A stretch of 64,000 bases of DNA from Callorhinchus milii (GCF_018977255.1 NW_024704743.1:108440001-108504000); one strand, 5' to 3'; shown: positions 50,799 to 64,000, counted from the stretch's first letter. The notes: generated by a model not told the origin, from the letters alone. Numbers and translations: made by a program.

Positions 50799-51930
50799 TC
50801 TCTCCTGCCACTCCCTGCTCAAACGCCTCCAATCGGGCTTCCATTGCCGCCCACAGCACAGAAACCCCCTGGTCAAAGTGACAAATAACATTCTGTCCAT
50901 CTGCAACCTTGACCTCTCTCCTGCCTTCGACAATATCAACCACTCTATCCTCCTCCACCACCTCTCCTCTCACCTCAACCTCCACGGCACCGTCCTTGAT
51001 TGGTTCAGATCATATCTCTCACACCGCCTGCACTTCATCGCCTCAAATGGCTTCTCTTCTAGTCCACGGACAATCTCGTGCGGCGTTCTTCAGGGCACTG
51101 TCCTTGGTCCCCTCCTCTTCAACACCTATATGCTCCTCCTTGTGACATCATCTACAGACATGGGGTCAACTTCCACATGTATGCGAATGACACCCAACTC
51201 TACCTCTCTGCCTCCACCCTTGACTCTGGGACCACTGCTGTGCTGACACAATGTCTGTCAGACATCAAGTCCTGGATGAGAGCTAACTTTCTTCAGTTGA
51301 ACGTCAACAAGACCGAGGCTTTCCTGATTGGCTCCCGTCAGTGCCTCCTCACCTCAGGTGTTGACAAAATCACCATCCATGGTTGCACACTCAACCTTGT
51401 TAAGCCAGTCCAGAACCTTGGCACTTGTTTGACCCTCAACTATCCTTTCTACTCCACATTCGTGCCATGACCCGCTCTGCCTTCCCCCACCTCCGCAACA
51501 TTGACCGGCTCCGACACTGTCTCACACCGCAAGCCACCGAAACCCTCATACACCTTCATTACATTGAGGCTCGACTATGCAAACTCACTGCTCATTGGCC
51601 TTCCCAACCCCTCCCTCCACAGGCTGCAGATCATCCAGAAATATGCAGCCCGTGTCCTCTCCCGCACTAGGCTCTGTGACCCTATCATACCCATCCTTGC
51701 CCAACTCCACTGGCTTTCCATCATGCAGAGGATACAGTTCAAAATCCTGGTCCTCACCTTCAAAGTCCTCCATGGTCTTGCTCCCCCCTATCTCTCCGAC
51801 CTCCTAATCCCCTACCATCCTGTTCGCTCCCTCCGCTCAGCAGGCTCTGGCCTGCTTCACGTCCCTCACCTTGCTCACCCCACTATCGGCGGGCGGACCT
51901 TCTGCCACTCTGCACTCACCCTCACCCCCT
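50799..51930 (+). mobile_element. L2 RT fragment lacking its 3' tail
   Basis: LQSGFH, GVLQGTVLGPLLF, YANDTQLY, RLDYANSLL, LHWL..QRIQFKIL. Confidence 0.92.
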
Positions 51931-54576
51931 GGTGTGGCTCTCATCTCCTAGTACCCTTCAGCCTACCCCTTTCTCCTATGGAACCTTCCCCTCCTTTAAG
52001 CACCTTATCCTTTATCACCCATCCAACCGTACCCTCAAATTTCTCCTTTTCTATCGCCCCCCCCCGAGCTCTCCCCCACCTTCATCCTCGACATCTCCAA
52101 CCTATCTTCCCTCTCTGTCTGCTCCAAACCCCTCCTCATCCTAGGCGACTTCAACTTTCACTTCACTCTCTCCTGCTTTACTTCTGTTGACTTTTCCTCC
52201 CTTATCTTCTCCCTCAACCTCTCCCTTCACATTCACTCCACCACCCACGTCCAAGGTTACCCCCTCGACCTAGTGATCACTCAGCGGCTCATCGTCTCGG
52301 ACCCCACCATGATCAACAAAGTGATCTCGGACCATCACTTCATCTCCCTTAACTCCTCAATTGCTCTTCCCACTGCCAACCAACCGACCTCCATTGCTTA
52401 CCGCCCCTAGAAAAAATTTTCCTCCACCTCCCTCTTGGCTGCATTGGAGTCATCTGAACTCCTTCCCTTCTGGGCTTTCTCCCTATTCTCCTTGGTCACT
52501 CTTCTCCACAGCTCCCTCTCCTCCACTCTCGCTTTGCTTGCTCCCCTCTCTTCCCAAACCGTCTCCTATTCATGTTAAGTCACCATGGTACACCAACCAC
52601 CTCTGCTCTCTTAAAGCACAGGTGCGTGCCACTGAGCGCACTTGGCTTAAATCAAACCTAGCAGATCTGGCTGGACATTATCAAATCTTACCACTCCGCC
52701 CTCGCCTCCACTAAATCGTCCTTCTACTCAAAGACAATCTTGGAGGCGAAGGACAACCCCATGCTCCTCCTCTCCATCACCAACTGACTCCTCCACCCAC
52801 CCTTTCATGCCTCATCCATCCTCACCTCAAATACCAACTGCAAGGCAATGCTGGGCTTCCTCGAATCCAAAGTTGAGGGAATCCACTCTGCTGCCTGTCA
52901 CTGCATCTGCTAACCCCTCCCCATCTCCTCCTCCCACCCTAGCCCATACACATCCCTCTCTCCACACCTTCAAACCTGTCTCCCCCTCCTCTCTCATCAC
53001 CACTATAATCCGCATGAAACCGACCACCTGCTCCCTCGACCCCATCCCTACCCTCCTCCTTGCCTCCCAGCTCTACCTACTTGCCCTCTACTCACTGTCA
53101 TCATGAACCTCTCCCTGTCCTCTAGTACAGTTCCCATCCCATTAAAAACTGCTGTCATCACTACTATCCTTAAAAAAACCTTCTTGGACCCATCTCTTTT
53201 CCCAAATTACTGCCCCATCTCCAACCTCCCTTTCCTTTCCAAGGTTCTGGAACAAGTTGTTGCTTCCCAGCTTCGCTCATTCCTCTCCCACCACTCCCTT
53301 TACAAACCCTTCCAATTGGGTTTCCATGCCGCCCACAGTACAGAAACAGCCCTGGTCAAAGTGACAAATGACATTCTGTCCATCTGTGACCAGGGCTCCC
53401 TCTGCCTCCTCATCCTCCTGGACCTCTCTGCTGCCTTTGACACCGTCGACCACTCTATCCTCATCCACAACCTCTTCTCTCACCTCAACCTTCACGGCTT
53501 TGTCCTTGACTGGTTCAGATCGTACCTCTCACGCTGCTTCCACTTCATCTCCACAAACAGCTTTTCCTCTAGCCCCCACCCTCCTCAGGGCTCTGTCCTT
53601 GGTCCCCTCTTCTTCAATATCTATATGCTCTCTCTTGGTGACATCATCCGCAGACATTGGGTCAACCTCCACAGGTATGAGGATGACACCCAACTCTACC
53701 TCTCTACCTCCACTCTTGACTCCAGGATCACTACTGTGCTGACAGAATGTCTGTCAGACATCAAGTCCTGGATGAGAGCTAATTTTCTTCAGTTGAACGC
53801 CAACAAGACCGAGGCCCTCCTGATTGGCTCCCGTCAGCGCCTCCTCACCTCAGGCACTGACAGGATCACCATCCATGGTTGCACCCTCCAACTTGGTAAG
53901 CCAGTCCGGAACCTTGGCATCTCGTTTGACCCTTAACTATCCTTTTTACCCCACATCTACGCCATGACCCGCTCTGCCTTTCCCCACCTCTGCAACATCA
54001 TCATATTGAGGCTTGGCTATGAAAATTCATTGCTTGATGGCCTCCCCAATTCCTCCCTCCATAGGCTGCAGATCATCCAGAACTCTGCAGTCCACATCCT
54101 CTCCTGCACTAGGCTCCGTGACCTTATCACCCCCATCCTCGCCAGACTCCAATGGTTTCCCATGATACAGAGGATCCAGTTCAAGGTCCTGATCCTCACT
54201 TTCAAAGCCCTTCATGGTCTTGCTCCCCCCTACCTCTGCGACCTCCTAACCCCCAACCATGCTGCTCACTCCCGTCACTCAGTAAGCTCCATCCTGATTC
54301 ATGCCCCCCGCCTCGCTTGCCCCACTATTGGCGGGTGTCTGCCAATCTGTCCCCACCTTCTGGAACTCCATCACACAGTCCCTCCGCCTTGCCCCCTCCC
54401 TTACCTCCTTCAAGACCCATCTCAAGACCCTCCTCTTCAATCGTGCTTTCAATCTCCTTGCTTCCCCCCACTGCCCTCCACCCTCCCCCACCCCGACTCC
54501 CAGCTCGGGTCCAAAACTCTTGGGACGTCCTCCCAACGCAAAAGGTGCTATACAAATGTAATTTTGTTGTTGTTTT
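51931..54576 (+). mobile_element. L2 LINE ORF2 (EN C-terminal half through RT and tail), frameshifted
   Basis: EN motifs YRPP, LILGDFNFH, PLDLV and SDHH; RT ORF 53103-53936 ([34 protein letters not shown]); (TTG)n tail. Confidence 0.95.
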
Positions 54577-54804
54577 TGCAAAGATCATTATTATTTCACA
54601 TTCTGATTCTGACATGATTTTCACAACCAAGGATGACCTAGTTGCAACTGCATTGTCCATCTTCAGGGGATGGGCTTTTCTTTGGTTTCTAAAGTAGGTT
54701 TCCAGCCAGTGAAAATCGATTCCAAAGCCACGTATGTCCTTTTCCACAGCAACGACCATAATAGGGAATAATAATGAAATGTAGCTTTTAAAGTTATACA
54801 GTTA

Positions 54805-54990
54805 GATAGAATGATACAGGATGGAATCAGGCCATTCAGCCCAACTAGTCCATGTCATTGTTCATACTCCATACAAGTCTCCTCCCCTCCTATATTCCTC
54901 TATTCCCTTCTCCCTCATGTACGTATCAAGTTTTCTCTCAAATTCAGTGATGCTATTTTGCTTCAACAGCAGCTTCCAGGAACGAGTTCT
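54805..54990 (-). mobile_element. CR1 3' tail fragment
   Basis: ATAGAATGATACAGGATGGAATCAGGCCATTCAGCCC. Confidence 0.7.
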
Positions 54991-55039
54991 CCCCTTGGAG
55001 AGCAAAAAATATATTTAGCCTAGGCAGAGAACGTTAAAC

Positions 55040-55206
55040 ATGTTGAGATTGCTGCAGCTGCATTTCTCTGAGGAGAGTATCTGTTTTAGAATGTTATTGT
55101 TCTTGATCAGTTTGTTGCTGAACTCAAAGACAGAACAAATTTGGTCAGGGACACAATACCTCATCTGGGGACTGTCCCCAGAAATTGGGGACATGTGGTC
55201 ATCCTA
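55040..55206. mobile_element. Partial non-autonomous hAT (Blackjack/MER81-like) element
   Basis: Ends GGGGACATGTGGTCATCCTA; homologous to 58530-58692. Confidence 0.65.
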
Positions 55207-55373
55207 TATTAGTGGGTACGGGACAAGTATGGGACATTGGGATTAAAAGATCTGCCAAGATCTACTAAACTGGTGGAACAGGCTCAATAACCTCAATGGC
55301 CTCCTTCTGTTCCCGTGTTCGTTTATCTTCCTCAAGCGCTCCGACACTCACTGCAACAAACGATTAGTGATGT

Positions 55374-55392
55374 GGACGCCACCTTGTGGGCA
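55374..55392 (-). promoter_or_regulatory. Candidate CTCF site (TGCCCACAAGGTGGCGTCC)
   Basis: Close match to the CCASYAGRKGGCR core. Confidence 0.5.
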
Positions 55393-57359
55393 GCATCAGG
55401 GGGTTAATATAACTGCGGTTTCAGATGGTTAAACAGAGCAAACCTTTGAACCTAGTTTTTAATTAATAACTTGCTACAGATAAATTAAAATCTACAGATT
55501 AAAAAGTTCCCATTTTATTTCCCTTTTGAAACTCCAGCCACATTTAATATCCCATAGCTATTCCACATGGGCAGAAGCACTTTAATACAAATTACACACT
55601 TCAGCAGAGACTCAATCTGATCAATAGGCAACTTTTTATTGTCTTTCCTAACGCTTTCTGTATCAAAGGATTCTGGTGCAATTTCCTTACATTTGTGGGT
55701 GGGAGGAGGGAAGATATTCTAATTAATAAAGGATAAATAAAAGCGCAACTAAGTGAATTATAAAAAGAAACAGTAAGGATTAAAGAGAAGTAAGAAATGC
55801 AATAAGCAATATATTTCTAAATTCAAACCTTTTCTTTTAAAAAAATGCTATTTCTATAGTAACAGCAGACCGCGACTTTTGTGTGCACCTAATAATTAGA
55901 TGCTAGAAGGTATAACAATATAATGAATCAAAACTGATAGACTTGTGGGTTCCCATAGAAACGTGTATAATTATGATAATCAGTCCCTGGTGTACAACCC
56001 AGTGTTAGATGTTCTGCTAAATGAAATAAACATTAGGCATTATTTAGTGAGCTGTGATATAGATGAAGGATGCAAGGGTTTGCATATATTATAAACCCTT
56101 CCTATATTTACAAAAGAAATATACATTTGGTTCACTGGGCTTTATTTCATGCAAGCCTTTTCTTTAATTGAAGCAACCTGAACTCATTTCCTATACGTAG
56201 TTTCACTGCTTTGCTTTCTTAACTATTCGGTTGTGATATTTTAAAAATAAAATTACACTTAGAAAAATATATTGAAACATCTTCCTTCATATTTAAGAAT
56301 CAGAAGCGGTTTGGACCATTGTAGCTGTAATTAAGAAAGTCAATGTTGAATTCAGTTTTGTTTGTTATTTCCAGCTCTGGAATTTCTTACTTGGTTCCAT
56401 TTAAAAAAAGCCTCAAAGCATACTCTACATTTTTAGTATTGATTCCTACTGCTGTCAGAATATAGTCAGGATAATGTGTTGTGATAAATGGATTAAGAGG
56501 AATTATCTCTGCAGCAATGAAATTTGATCAACCCGGTTTCTTTTTATACAAAAAAATCTTGGTGAATATCCTTTAAAGAATGAGATCTTGTGAATGATGC
56601 TTGGGATGAAACTGTACAGCGGTTAACGTTGATGAAACCCACCCAAATTTTTCTCAACAAAATGTATTTTATTATTTTTTTAAAAAAATGTACTTGTGTG
56701 GAATACTCAGCTGGGAAGTGCAGACTGGAGGTCAGTTACAGTCACTTGGGCAATCAAACATCGATAGGGTTGGTTGTCTGGAGCAGACTGAGCAGCAAGG
56801 CTGCAAATGTCCCCCCGCCGTCATTATGCCTCAAGGTCAGCAGAATTAACCATCTGCTGAGATGTGTTCTGTCAGTTCATTTAAAAGGCGACTGCCTTGC
56901 ACCGTGGACCTTTGCAGACCATTGTACAGTTAATATGCGAAAGTGCCAGAAAGAAAGATCGCAAACAGTTTCCGAGGGATCAATTTTATTAAACGTCTCT
57001 TGGGGGCTGGGGGGAAGGGAGGATTGGGAAGTGAAGGGAGTGGGGGTGGGGGGGGTGGAGGGCAGATGTAAGCCTTTCAGATGTAAGAAGGACAGTGGAA
57101 TTTTATATAGCGTACCTTAATTGTACAAAAGAATTAAAAACTCCATGGGGTCCTTTTTAAAGCAACATTTCCTTCTTACACGCTCCCACACCACTTACAT
57201 TATCCAAGTTACTGACAAGGACAAACCCGGCACAGACTGGCTGCTATGCCTGTCTCGGGTATGCTATTCGTATAGTAAAATTCACGTCAAGTTCAGTAGG
57301 TTCCTTCAGGGAAAACTGAAGAGCAGGTGAGCTTTACTTTGTTTTTATTCACTTTTAGA

Positions 57360-57565
57360 TTCCTGACTTCTCATCTTATCTGGAGTACCAATTCTGCGAG
57401 TCATTCATTTCATGGCTGTTTGTGGAACGTTACTGTGTGCGATAGTGCTGCCGTGTTCTCCTACAAATGCACAACGACTCCATTTCATAGCAAATCCTGT
57501 GGAGCGTTTTAAGACAGCTTTCCGACGTGATGAGGGCGCTGTACAAAATGCAAGGATTATTTATT
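57360..57565 (+). mobile_element. SINE 3' portion
   Basis: GTGGAACGTTACTGTGTGC...GGCGCTGTACAAAATGCAAGGATTATT. Confidence 0.7.
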
Positions 57566-58432
57566 ACCTGTTCTGAGACCTTTCAGGGTTGGTCTGCGCT
57601 GCTCGATACGAGCAACAGTGACAGAATGTCAAATACGCAAACCTGTTTGCTCTTTAAAAATGGATGCTGCCTGTTTGCTAACGCGCTAAGTGGTAATCGG
57701 GGCTGCACTGTGCTTATGGTGTGAAATCATTTTTTTTAAAAAAATGATGAATTATTGAATGCACATATGCTGGAGTGTTCATTAACTACACCAACCCACA
57801 TTTAGTGCAAATTTCCTGTTCTTAACTCCCCACCACCCACCACACTCGCGGTGCTCTCCATCAAGAATACTGCTGAAATCCTCCATAAGATACGTCGCTG
57901 TTTTTAACATTTATTTGAAAAGAAGACTTTTTAAATACAGATATATATATATATGAATATATAAACCAAATGGATGAAAGTCTCCCTCCCCTCTCCCAAG
58001 AGCCAAGTGCGTTGGTCAAACCGGAAACGTATACAGGATTCCTCGTGAGTGAGTGCATCGAGCACTTAAACTGCCGAGCTCTCAGTGTTTGAAACCTGAA
58101 CCGCAGATAAATTATTAAGCTTGACTATCAGGTGATGGGACGCTTTCACATCTACTGCAGTGCGTGTCGTCACATGCTGCGGAAGGATAAACAGGCTGGG
58201 CCTGCTTGATGGAAATCAACAGTGACGTGCATGTCCCCAGTCAGAACTAGTTTCATCTAGATTTAGGCAGTCACAGCCAGTGGCTTCCAGAATATACCAA
58301 CCCTCCCCTTCCCCCCACCACCACACACACACACACCGTCATTAATATGCATCAGATTTGCGCTATCCTAATTTGCTGATTCAGAAGTTTCAATTAGAAA
58401 TCAGAATTCGAGAGTTGATATTTATAAATTTA

Positions 58433-58692
58433 TAGGGTGACCGGATTTCGTAAACCAAATCTGGGGACACGTATGTACAAAAGAATCGAACCCACCACGT
58501 TTCCTGATGCTGGCAGTACTGGAGAAGCTTGTTGGATTAATGGCTGTGTTTCTTTGATAAGTGCATCTGTTTAAGAATTTTATTGTTCTTGCGCAAATTT
58601 GTTGCTGAACTCAAGACAGGGCAATTTTGGCCAGGGACCCAATACCTCATCCGGGGACTGTCCCGGGAAACTGGGGACGTATGTTCATCCTC
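58433..58692. mobile_element. Non-autonomous hAT (Blackjack/MER81-like) MITE
   Basis: Left TIR TAGGGTGACC, degenerate right TIR GTTCATCCTC, subterminal GGGAC/GTCCC repeats; no clear TSD. Confidence 0.65.
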
Positions 58693-61324
58693 TTAGGAAA
58701 TTATCTACCAACAGATTTAAGAAATAAGGAACAATTTGACAATTAAACGCCGCTTGTACTTGTCCTAATTGGAAATTATTTGGCAACTATGCTGTGATTT
58801 GGTTAACAAGCTTTAGGTTTACACTTTTGAGTTATCAGCAATAATCCCCACCGCTAAAAGTGGTGGTTGCAAGTAGTTATCAAGAATTAAACATTTTACA
58901 TCCCAGGTAGGATTAAATCAATTCCATTTTTTTTCAATAAGGCTGCCCTACATCAATACCTCCTTTCCCCTCTCCACTACACACACACACAAAAACACAT
59001 GCTCCCCAATTTACCAGGACAAGGTTAATCATTTAAGCAAAGAAATGCTAGTCGGAAGTTGGGTAAAAAATATCTCATGAACAAACGGGATGATGCTCAA
59101 CTGAGATTTGACCTGTTATCTCAATAAGATGCTGTGTGACCTTCAATTAAGGAAGTATTTATCAGTGCCCAGACTGATCAATAAAGATTGGTAAACAAAT
59201 AGCACTGTTTAAATTCTCATTTGCATTTTCCTTGTTTGCATTTGCAGCTTCCAATGTGCTGAATTGCAGTGCATTGGGTATTTTTAACTTAGCCACTTGA
59301 TATATAAATCTAAAAAGCAACCTCTTACCCAGCTTCTCGGTGCCTGATACATACTGTGATTTGAGTTCTTTCATGAGCATTGAGCCAAGGGTAGGCTATC
59401 AAATAGCACAACCCATTACTTGACTGATCCTTGATAAGAAAAATGTGCTGTTGTCTCAAAAAATATTAATACATGCAGAAATGGGAGGCTATGAGGTGCA
59501 GAAACTTCCAATTTCTCCTGTTTGGAAATGAAACAAATAGTTATAAAATTTTTTGTTTGTTTCAAATATGGGGGTGAAAAATAAGCAGCAATGTTCTGTT
59601 TCAAGTATTTGACAGAATGACTGAGTTCAATGATGCGACTGACACTCTTTATATCATTATACAGAGAGCCTCCATTAATAACAATAGAGCCATAAAAAGC
59701 TCACCAACAATCAGATCTAATGACTCCTTCAAAGGAAAGTGCATTTGCGAAATTAGCAGCCAGTGCAGATTGAACAAAATGGAGCTGAGACACACAACCT
59801 TGTTTACCTTTAAATATTCAAAACTATTTGCAATCAAATCAAAGGGGATCAATGTATGTGCTGAGCAGTAAGACTACACCAACAATAGTTAACAAACAGG
59901 CTTTAATAGCTAAAAAAAAGGCATTCTGATTGTAATTTATTTATGGCATAAATATAAGAAGTAACAACATGGAAAAAAATGGCTGTTAAGCTATTTTTGT
60001 ATAATGTGGTTAGTAAAACCATGGAAATCGTTATCAACAGCCTTCAAATGGTAATGCAAGTCCCGCTTTCCATATCTGATTCAAAGGTAAATGCTTTGTT
60101 CACAGCTACTCAGTTTGAGTGTTTACATATTTACAAATACACATTTGTGAATGCTAAATGGGAGCGTTCCTTCCAAATGTAATAGCCAACCTGCAGGCCG
60201 GCTCCAGTGGATCTGCCCACTTTTCCGAGAAGTAATTTTATCCGTACGTTCACTTGCGACCAGGGATTTATTTATTTAATTTATGAAATATAATAAATGT
60301 TGAAAAGGAAGAGAGTGTGGTGACACAATGGAATTTGCTGCATGAGCTGCGTTCCATCTGGCGTGACCTTTCTGAGCTGCGTTGCACAGTATTGGTTAGA
60401 GAGGCTTTCAACAAAAATCTTCGCGTATTATGGATGGAAGTAACTCTTGCATGCAAGCAATGCAAGCACGTAACCCTGAGCATTTGGACACTCATTACCA
60501 CCATAAAAAAATATTAACTAAGAGCTTGGTAAAAAGTGGCTCAGAATGGCAATCTGTTGTTACGTGTGAATATTAAATATCACGCTGCGAAACAGCAGGG
60601 TGTTCAAAAAGTAAAGTTAATTCAGCACTGTCGGTCAAACCAGTGAAAAATATCAAGAAAAAAAATCAGAATGATTGCTCCAGAATAGGGGCGAGATTAA
60701 GACATTTTAAAAGGAACATATGCAGTGCAATGAAGCTTTTAGAAATATTAGATTGAGCAAATAGGTGTACCACAAATTTTAAAAATGTACCAGCAGAGGT
60801 TACAAATTGTATAAACCCCACATTGTACCACAATATGTAGACTGAATTATTTTCACATTATGCCATGCATGTAAGCAAATAATTAATATGCTTTTCCCAC
60901 TGAATTTCTCTTTGTGTCTGATCGCCTTTCTGAACCACACTGAAATCAGAAGCAATCTTACACATCCCTGATAATTACTTTTGGTCGTATAGCCAGGGAC
61001 CACATGGTAATTACGAATGCTAAATCTCACAAAAAATAAGAGGAATTCATTATGTGTGGGACATACAACAGTAGATTTAGACTCACTTGTAAAAAGTAAC
61101 ATTTTTAAAACAGCTAACCAAATCTTATAGTTGCTGCCTTTTAATTTCACAACTGTGAGAAAGATGAAATTTAAAACGAATGTTTGAGTTGACACTTTTG
61201 GTGAGAAAATCCAATTGACGTGATTGTCTGCTGTAATCAAGTAATCTGGTATTTGTGTTAACTGGATATTAAATGCCGTAAATTCAAGATAAATGTAACT
61301 GCTTTGGTGGAGATGAAAAGAAAA

Positions 61325-61525
61325 GCTACAAATGCTGAAAATCTGAAGGAAAAATAGAAGAGGCTAAAAATGCACAGCAGGTTATTCGCATGTGAAAGAG
61401 AAAAGAAGGTTAATGTTTCCAGTCTGACCCATCTTAAGGGTCAACACTCCAAACATTAACCTAACTTTCTCTTTTGGATGCTGATTGACCTGCTGTAAAT
61501 TTCATGCCTCTCTGTGTTCTTTTCT
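61325..61525. mobile_element. Degenerate Penelope-like palindromic element
   Basis: CAGCAGGT...GGTTAATGTTT..TGACCC-ATCTTAA-GGGTCA..AAACATTAACC...ACCTGCTG; homologous to 25403-25568. Confidence 0.55.
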
Positions 61526-62174
61526 TTATTTTGGTAAATACTTTTTGGTGTTTGTTTATGGCTCCTGAGGATCATATTAATTCTAATAGTAATTCTGACC
61601 ATGTTTATGGACTGATGACAATAATGGGAAATCCAGCAGCAAGTAATTAAGTCTTGAAAAGCAGATCTGCTTACTTTAAAATGCAGCAGATAATCAAAAT
61701 GCAGTTGCTCAAGTGTAAAATGCAGAATTTAATGATCCCGTGTAATACAGATTACAGCTTTCATTTTAAAAACTAGCAGTGCAGAAGAACAAAGCTGCGG
61801 TTTACATTGTTAGGTTCGACGTTCAAAACCTATTAGAAGACTGTCTACAACTGCATTCTAGGAATCAACAAATACAAGCATTTATTTCCCCTGTGTCATC
61901 GGTTTTCTCATCGATATTATACGGAGTGTTCCTCTACAAGCTGACTGGAGTTATGCAGGGATGTGCTTTGCTGCGAAACTGCATTGACACCTAAAATCTT
62001 ACCAGGGCGATAGAAAAACAGATCATTTTGTGCGGTATTTTGTAACGGTGTTTCTTAACTGAGAAATGTAGTCAATGAGGCTGATTCACGGGAAGGCCAT
62101 ACAACTCGATCAGTTTTCGGAGCGAGCTTCCCTTGAGTTGGTGTGACGGTCTTAAAAGAATCCTGCAAAATTAA

Positions 62175-62300
62175 TAATAATAATAACAATAATACTCCTC
62201 CTTACATTTAACATAGTGCCTGATCACTTTGGTGAGATTTCTCAAATTACTTCAAAGGATTTTGCTGCAAAGTACAGTGACTGTGTTATTTTTAGGCAAA
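62175..62300 (-). mobile_element. SINE tail fragment, old
   Basis: AATAATAAT...CCTTACATTTAACATAGTGCC...CTCAAATTACTTCAAAGGATTTTGCTGCAAAGT. Confidence 0.6.
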
Positions 62301-64000
62301 CAAAATCAGCTTCTTTATACATGGCAATAAACAAAAAAAGATGCACCTGATAGAAAATTAACAAAGACTGTAGTGCATAAAAGTACCAAAGGTTATTTTT
62401 CTCAAGCGAGTGAGAGCATGAGTGTAAATAGGTAAGAGAGTGGAGGAGAACGAGACCGAAGAAGAGACCAAAAAACACGGGCATAAAATGGTTGAACACT
62501 CTGTTAGAAGAATGCTGTGGAAATATATCTTTGCAGAAATAGAATCCATTTCTAAATTTGGAACATCTTATTTTTCAGCCTGGCTTCGACAAGGTTTATG
62601 AGCAATGGAGAATAGCGCTGTAGAGAAAGCTAGGCTAAGAGTAACTCGATCTCCCCACACAGTGATGTTTTTGCATGCTCCATTCTGCAGTTGACAGTGC
62701 TTACTTAAACAATGCTAAAATTGTGGAGCCATCATCTTTTATTCAGTAGGTTCTGAGAGTAGTGAACGAGAAGCTTGAAATACATTAATGGCTCTTTAAC
62801 CATTTGAGAATGTTATTTCAGCCACCGGAAGCCAAACTCGAATATCGTGACAAATACTTTTAGCTTGTCCCAAGATCATAGTGAATGAAATGTGCTAAGC
62901 TTCTACATATTTCTGTATTTTCATTTAGAATCCTGAGCTGTAGAGATTTACTGGAAATCCTTGCTTCGATGGCTATCTGATTGAATAGACTGTGCATTTT
63001 GAAAGCTCAAACATTCAGTGCTGATTAAATGTGTTATTCTGTGTGTGTGTGGAAAGGTTCGTCTAAAAATATATTACATCTATAAGTGGCGTGTTCTGAT
63101 CCGGGAAGGGATGGGATGTCAATAGCAGTGAATGCCCTTTAAACCTGCAGGTACAATACCTTTTAAACCGGCCTTGCTTGGCAATTGCAAAGTGTAACCA
63201 TTTATCAGTGCATTTTTTTTGACATATCCTCTGAAGAACTGGTCTAAAACGCAGACAGATTTCCCACTTCTTGTAATGGCCTGTGGAGCTTCAAAGTCAA
63301 CGAGTTGCTCACAATTATTTGGCACTTTTTTTAAAAGACAAGGGGCACAATAGTCAAAGTTACCTATTTAAAATCATACGCAGGCATTTAAAAAAAAGGA
63401 TCACTTCTCTGCCTGGGTCAGATTTTGTCTGAATATGTTAAGTGGGAGAGCACATTCCTATTGCCTATCTACACATCAATTAACAAGGTGTTTGTGATCT
63501 GTGCCAAAGATGCAGTAATTGTGTTTAACAAATGACATAAAAAGTAATGGAGAGAGTGAATTGCCTCTTTGTTTTGACTGTTTGAAACGCTGTGTTATAA
63601 TGTTTGCCTCACTCCGAGGCACTTGTCCAAGTAATCATTCGTGACTTGACAAAGCAACACTTGTGTTTTATTGCTGGCTGTGCTGAACTTTTCTGCCTAG
63701 GCAGTGTTCCTTTCAATAGAACGCTATGCTAGAGGGCACAGTTATTTGAAAACAGTAAATCAGGGCCGTTGTACCATTGCTAATGTAACCAGTGACAAAG
63801 AACCACATTTTCCGTGAAACAGATACATTTCCATAGGAAATCACGCTGCCAAAAAAGCCTCCAAAGGAGAGAGCCAATGAAGGAAAGGAAGAAGAGAGAA
63901 GGAACGAAAGGAGTCAAATTAACAAGAGAAATTTTAGTGTAAAATCTCAAATGTTGATGTAAAATTGCTATAAAGCTTCAGCAGTTTTGCAGACAAATCT

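Noticed and set aside
9758..54617. Long ORFs with RT motifs (9758, 11136, 22126, 44029, 51501, 53103) as functional genes
   Set aside because: All are truncated, frameshifted L2/CR1 ORF2 pieces; none has an intact EN-RT frame
56590..57120. 176-aa plus-strand ORF
   Set aside because: Starts at GTG, random-looking composition, no recognisable homology

Overview
Non-coding vertebrate genomic DNA, AT-rich and dense in retroposons. The repeat repertoire (tRNA-derived Deu-domain SINEs with L2-type tails, L2 and CR1 LINEs, Penelope-like hairpins) points to a cartilaginous fish. A holocephalan (chimaera) is plausible because I saw no elasmobranch HE1/V-SINE copies; this is an inference. I could not identify any host protein-coding gene. 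Every recognisable protein-like ORF is a decayed L2 or CR1 reverse-transcriptase or endonuclease fragment. The window looks like a large intron or intergenic region, with TE-poor, regulatory-looking stretches at about 34.4-38.8 kb and 55.3-64 kb. I found no convincing new biological system. The most notable signals are: a templated inverted insertion at 1.3-2.8 kb; repeated antiparallel nesting of L2/SINE copies into SINE tails; two insertions at one site with nested TSDs; a non-canonical REST/RE1 site inside a candidate minus-strand exon; a candidate 18-nt microexon; LF-SINE-like fragments; a degenerate hammerhead core in a Penelope-like hairpin; and a CTCF motif. Repeat-family names come from my recall of consensus sequences, not from a database search, and element boundaries are approximate.
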